From contig JASGFX010000001.1 in the NCBI GenBank assembly GCA_047605325.1, positions 59,463 to 123,462 on the forward strand: DNA of 64,000 nucleotides, written 5' to 3'. Position numbers and translations under genes: made by a program. Below are positions 61,480 to 64,000 of the stretch, piece after piece. Under the pieces are notes generated by a model. That model saw nothing but the letters and a program-made list of their open reading frames with translations, searched no databases and was not told the DNA's origin. Each line of letters starts with the position of its first letter. Within the stretch, counting starts at the first letter, position 1. The stretch comes from Solirubrobacterales bacterium. GTDB taxonomy: Bacteria; Actinomycetota; Thermoleophilia; Solirubrobacterales; JACPNS01.

Positions 61480-61514
61480 AAAAAAGAGACCGGCCCTTTT
61501 GAGGCCGGTCTCTT
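61480..61514 (-). terminator. intrinsic terminator (12-bp stem AAGAGACCGGCC/GGCCGGTCTCTT, 7-nt loop, U6 tract on the minus strand)
   Basis: Read directly. The plus-strand A-run 61480-61485 gives UUUUUU 3' of the stem on the minus strand. Confidence 0.75.
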
Positions 61515-61610
61515 GAAAATGAGCCCCCGTTTTGATGAACATGGGCCGAGCGCGAGGGGTCGCCCCGCGGTTCGTCGATCCTACACCTCAGCCCTGCGGC
61601 AGGCGGGCTC

Positions 61611-61651
61611 CTTCCTCCAACTCTGCGCCCGCAGCGCAGAGTTGGAGGAAG
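61611..61651. repeat. perfect 18-bp stem / 5-nt loop hairpin (CTTCCTCCAACTCTGCGC-ccgca-GCGCAGAGTTGGAGGAAG)
   Basis: Read directly. It shares a 31-nt collinear block with 26568-26598. Confidence 0.8.
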
Positions 61652-61682
61652 AGATCGCTCACTGGACGCTCGCGCCGCTCAC

Positions 61683-61720
61683 AAAAAAAGGCCGGCGCGG
61701 GAAGCTCCCGGCCGGCCTTT
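61683..61720 (-). terminator. intrinsic terminator of pntB (15-bp GC-rich stem with one bulge, U7 tract on the minus strand)
   Basis: The stem AAAGGCCGGCGCGGGA-agc-TCCCGGCCGGCCTTT spans 61687-61720, and the plus-strand A7 run 61683-61689 overlaps its first three positions. It lies 29 nt after the pntB stop. Confidence 0.8.
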
Positions 61721-61748
61721 CTCAGAACATCGCGCGAGGCGCGGAGGC

Positions 61749-63212
61749 TCAGACGTTCTTCAGCTCGGTGACGATCTCCGAGAGCGAGGCCTTGGCGTCG
61801 CCGAAGAGCATCTGCGTCTGGTCGAGGTAGAAGAGCTCGTTCTCGATGCCCGCGTAACCGCTGGCCATACCGCGCTTGAGCACGATCACGTTGTGGGCAT
61901 CGGCGACCTTGAGGATCGGCATGCCGTAGATCGGCGAGTCGGGGTTGGTCTCGGCGGCCGGGTTGGTGACGTCGTTCGCGCCGACCACGATCGCGACATC
62001 AGCGCGCTCGAACTCGGGGTTGATGTCGTCCATCTCGACGAGCTGGTCGTACGGCACGTCCGACTCGGCAAGCAGCACGTTCATGTGACCGGGCATGCGT
62101 CCGGCGACCGGGTGGATCGCGTACTTCACGTTCACGCCCTTCTCCTCGAGCGCGTCGGCCATCTCCTTGACGACGTGCTGCGCCTGGGCGACGGCGAGGC
62201 CGTAACCCGGCACGACGATCACGTTCTGGGCGTAGGCCATGAGGATCGCGGCCGAGGCCGCGTCGGTCGACTTGACCGTGAGCCCCTCGGTGCTCATCCC
62301 GCCGCCTCCGCCACCTCCGCCACCGCCGCCGAAGGAGCCGAAAAGGACTCCCGCGATCGTGCGGTTCATGGCGACGGCCATCAGGTTGGTGAGGATCGAA
62401 CCCGAGGCGCCGACGATGATTCCGGCGACGATCAGGGCGTTGTTGCCGAGCGCAAAACCGGCGGCCGAAGCGGCGAGACCGGTCATCGCGTTGAGCGTTG
62501 AGATCACGACGGGCATGTCCGCGCCGCCGATCGGCAGCACGAAGAACAGACCGAGGATCGCGCCGGTGATGGCGATCGCCAGCACGGTCCAGTACGGCTG
62601 CATGCCGTTGTCGGCGAGCAGGTAGATCGCCAGACCGAACGCGATCAGGCCGAGCACGGCGTTGAGCACCTGCTGACCCGGCAGCGACTTTGGCTTGCCG
62701 TCGATCTTCTCGGACAGCTTGAGGTAGGCGACGACCGACCCCCAGAACGAGACCGAACCGATGATCAGCGAGAACAGCGAGGCGATCTCGACGTCGGTCG
62801 TCACGTGCACCGAGGCGAGCAGCGGGTGCTCGGTCCAGTTGTAGTACTCGGAGAGCGCGATCAGTGCGACCGCGCCGCCGCCCACGCCGTTGAACAGCGC
62901 GACCATCTCCGGCATCGAGGTCATCTTGACCTTCCGCGCCGAGATGAATCCGATCGGGGCGCCGAGCACGGCGCCGAGCACGATCCACTCGTAGGTGACG
63001 ATCTCCTTCAGGAAGAGCGTCGCGATCACGGCGATCAGCATTCCGACGCCGGCGATCTGGTTGCCGCGACGCGCCGTGTTCGGGTTCGTCAGCTTCTTCA
63101 GGCCGACGATGAACAGGACGATCGCGACGAGGTACGCGAGGTTGATCAGATGGTCACGAGTGGTGTCACCGGTGATCGCCTCTGCGACCGTGGTGGCGAA
63201 AGTGAGCGACAT
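61749..63212 (-). CDS. pntB: NAD(P) transhydrogenase subunit beta
   Basis: Polytopic N-terminus plus dIII domain (VVPGYGLAVAQAQH, IHPVAGRMPGHMNVLLAE, GANDVTNPAA). Contains an 11-Gly linker. Confidence 0.95.
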   Translation of the reverse strand: MSLTFATTVAEAITGDTTRDHLINLAYLVAIVLFIVGLKKLTNPNTARRGNQIAGVGMLIAVIATLFLKEIVTYEWIVLGAVLGAPIGFISARKVKMTSMPEMVALFNGVGGGAVALIALSEYYNWTEHPLLASVHVTTDVEIASLFSLIIGSVSFWGSVVAYLKLSEKIDGKPKSLPGQQVLNAVLGLIAFGLAIYLLADNGMQPYWTVLAIAITGAILGLFFVLPIGGADMPVVISTLNAMTGLAASAAGFALGNNALIVAGIIVGASGSILTNLMAVAMNRTIAGVLFGSFGGGGGGGGGGGMSTEGLTVKSTDAASAAILMAYAQNVIVVPGYGLAVAQAQHVVKEMADALEEKGVNVKYAIHPVAGRMPGHMNVLLAESDVPYDQLVEMDDINPEFERADVAIVVGANDVTNPAAETNPDSPIYGMPILKVADAHNVIVLKRGMASGYAGIENELFYLDQTQMLFGDAKASLSEIVTELKNV

Positions 63213-63526
63213 CAGGAGTCACCGTCCTTCTTCGCCTTGGGCTTGGTCTTGAACATCTCGAGCATGCGGTCGGTGACGACAAAACCGCCGACGACGTTCA
63301 GCGAGCCGAAGAACACGGCGAGCGTGCCGAGCACGATCTGCACCGTGCCCTGCGCCGCGGCGCCGGCCACGACCAGCGCGCCGACCACGACGATGCCGTG
63401 GATCGCGTTGGTCGCCGACATCAGCGGCGTGTGCAGCGTCTGCGGCACCTTGGAGATCAGTTCGACTCCGAGGAAGCCGCCGAGCACGAGGATCGTCAGC
63501 TGCTGGAGCAGGTTTGCGTAGTCCAT
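63212..63526 (-). CDS. pntAB: NAD(P) transhydrogenase subunit alpha part 2 (membrane)
   Basis: 104 aa, 3-4 TM, with PLMSATNAIHGIVVVGA. Its stop overlaps the pntB start. Confidence 0.9.
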   Translation of the reverse strand: MDYANLLQQLTILVLGGFLGVELISKVPQTLHTPLMSATNAIHGIVVVGALVVAGAAAQGTVQIVLGTLAVFFGSLNVVGGFVVTDRMLEMFKTKPKAKKDGDS

Positions 63527-63529
63527 GGT

Positions 63530-64000
63530 CTAGGCCTCCACTTCTTCGGTGGTGGATTCCTCGGCCGGCGCGGGCGGCGCGAAGGAGCCACCGTCGGCGT
63601 CCTTCTTGAGCGTGCCGCCGTGGGTGAGCACGGCGCCGTCGAGGATCTCGTCAGAGAAGTCGATGTTCACGGCGCCCTCGTCGCCGATCATCAGTTCGAG
63701 CAGGTTGGAAACGTTCTTCGCGTAGAGCTGGCTGGCGTGCAGCGGCATCGCAGCGGCGAGGTTCTTCGGGCCGATCACCTTGACGCCGCTCTCGACGACC
63801 GTCTCGCCGGCCTGCGTCACTTCGCAGTTGCCGCCGGTTTCGGCCGCGAGGTCGACGATCACGCTGCCGGGCGCCATCTGGGCGACGACGCTCTGCGGGA
63901 TCAGCTTCGGGGCCGGACGACCGGGGATCGCGGCCGTCGTGATCACGATGTCCGACTCGATCACGGTGGCGCTCATCAGCTCGGTCTGCTTGGCCTTCTG
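63530..64000 (-). CDS. pntAA: NAD(P) transhydrogenase subunit alpha part 1 (C-terminal portion; gene continues past the right edge)
   Basis: ITTAAIPGRPAPKLI and VIVDLAAETGGNCE are typical of the dI NAD(H)-binding domain. The reading frame stays open to the window end. Confidence 0.88.
   Translation of the reverse strand, partial: QKAKQTELMSATVIESDIVITTAAIPGRPAPKLIPQSVVAQMAPGSVIVDLAAETGGNCEVTQAGETVVESGVKVIGPKNLAAAMPLHASQLYAKNVSNLLELMIGDEGAVNIDFSDEILDGAVLTHGGTLKKDADGGSFAPPAPAEESTTEEVEA

Noticed and set aside
61569-61581. tRNA T-arm-like string GGTTCGTCGATCC in the pntB-padR spacer.
   Set aside because: The loop is 9 nt rather than 7, and no acceptor, D or anticodon stems can be drawn around it.
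61462-61830. 122-aa plus-strand ORF in the pntB-padR spacer, and the 64-aa and 147-aa ORFs at 26489..26951.
   Set aside because: They traverse terminator hairpins and repeat elements, overlap the ends of real genes, lack an RBS, and have non-protein-like composition.

Overview
GC-rich, actinobacterium-like chromosomal segment with strong G/C bias at third codon positions. It is mostly core metabolism. By eye I found no transposase, integrase or phage genes, and no rRNA, tRNA or CRISPR array. Layout: (1) 485-15641 is a complete, tightly coupled 14-gene nuoA-N Complex I operon. (2) 15.7-42.8 kb is mixed housekeeping and signalling: a dual-GGDEF membrane protein, a divergent ThyX-like protein, a cytochrome P450 divergent from acs, def, SDRs, a K+/H+ antiporter, a GT-C glycosyltransferase, bcp/rpiB, a DEAD-box helicase, a PfkB kinase, TetR divergent from gltA, and metF. 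(3) 42.8-50.1 kb is the least ordinary part. Two paralogous secreted beta-helix/PKD/Lys-rich proteins bracket a three-gene thioredoxin-like operon, followed by a secreted Lys-rich protein and a J-domain/TPR protein. (4) 50.1-64 kb holds an SDR, mrp, bioB with a coupled small Cys protein, a crotonase, two tandem HD-GYP genes, an ApbE/ferric-reductase-like cluster, padR-mmpL, and pntAA-pntAB-pntB, which runs off the right edge. The most interesting points are: the out-of-frame tail of the second GGDEF domain; the divergent ThyX-like gene; the secreted paralog cassette; the ApbE cluster, whose upstream small protein ends in a flavinylation-like motif; a 54-nt identity tract between the HD-GYP paralogs; and a hairpin repeat shared by two intergenic regions, one of them bracketed by two same-strand terminators. 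Most long ORFs in the six-frame track that lie antisense to these genes are GC-driven artefacts. All calls rest on motif recognition in the translations and on reading the DNA directly. No database search was run.
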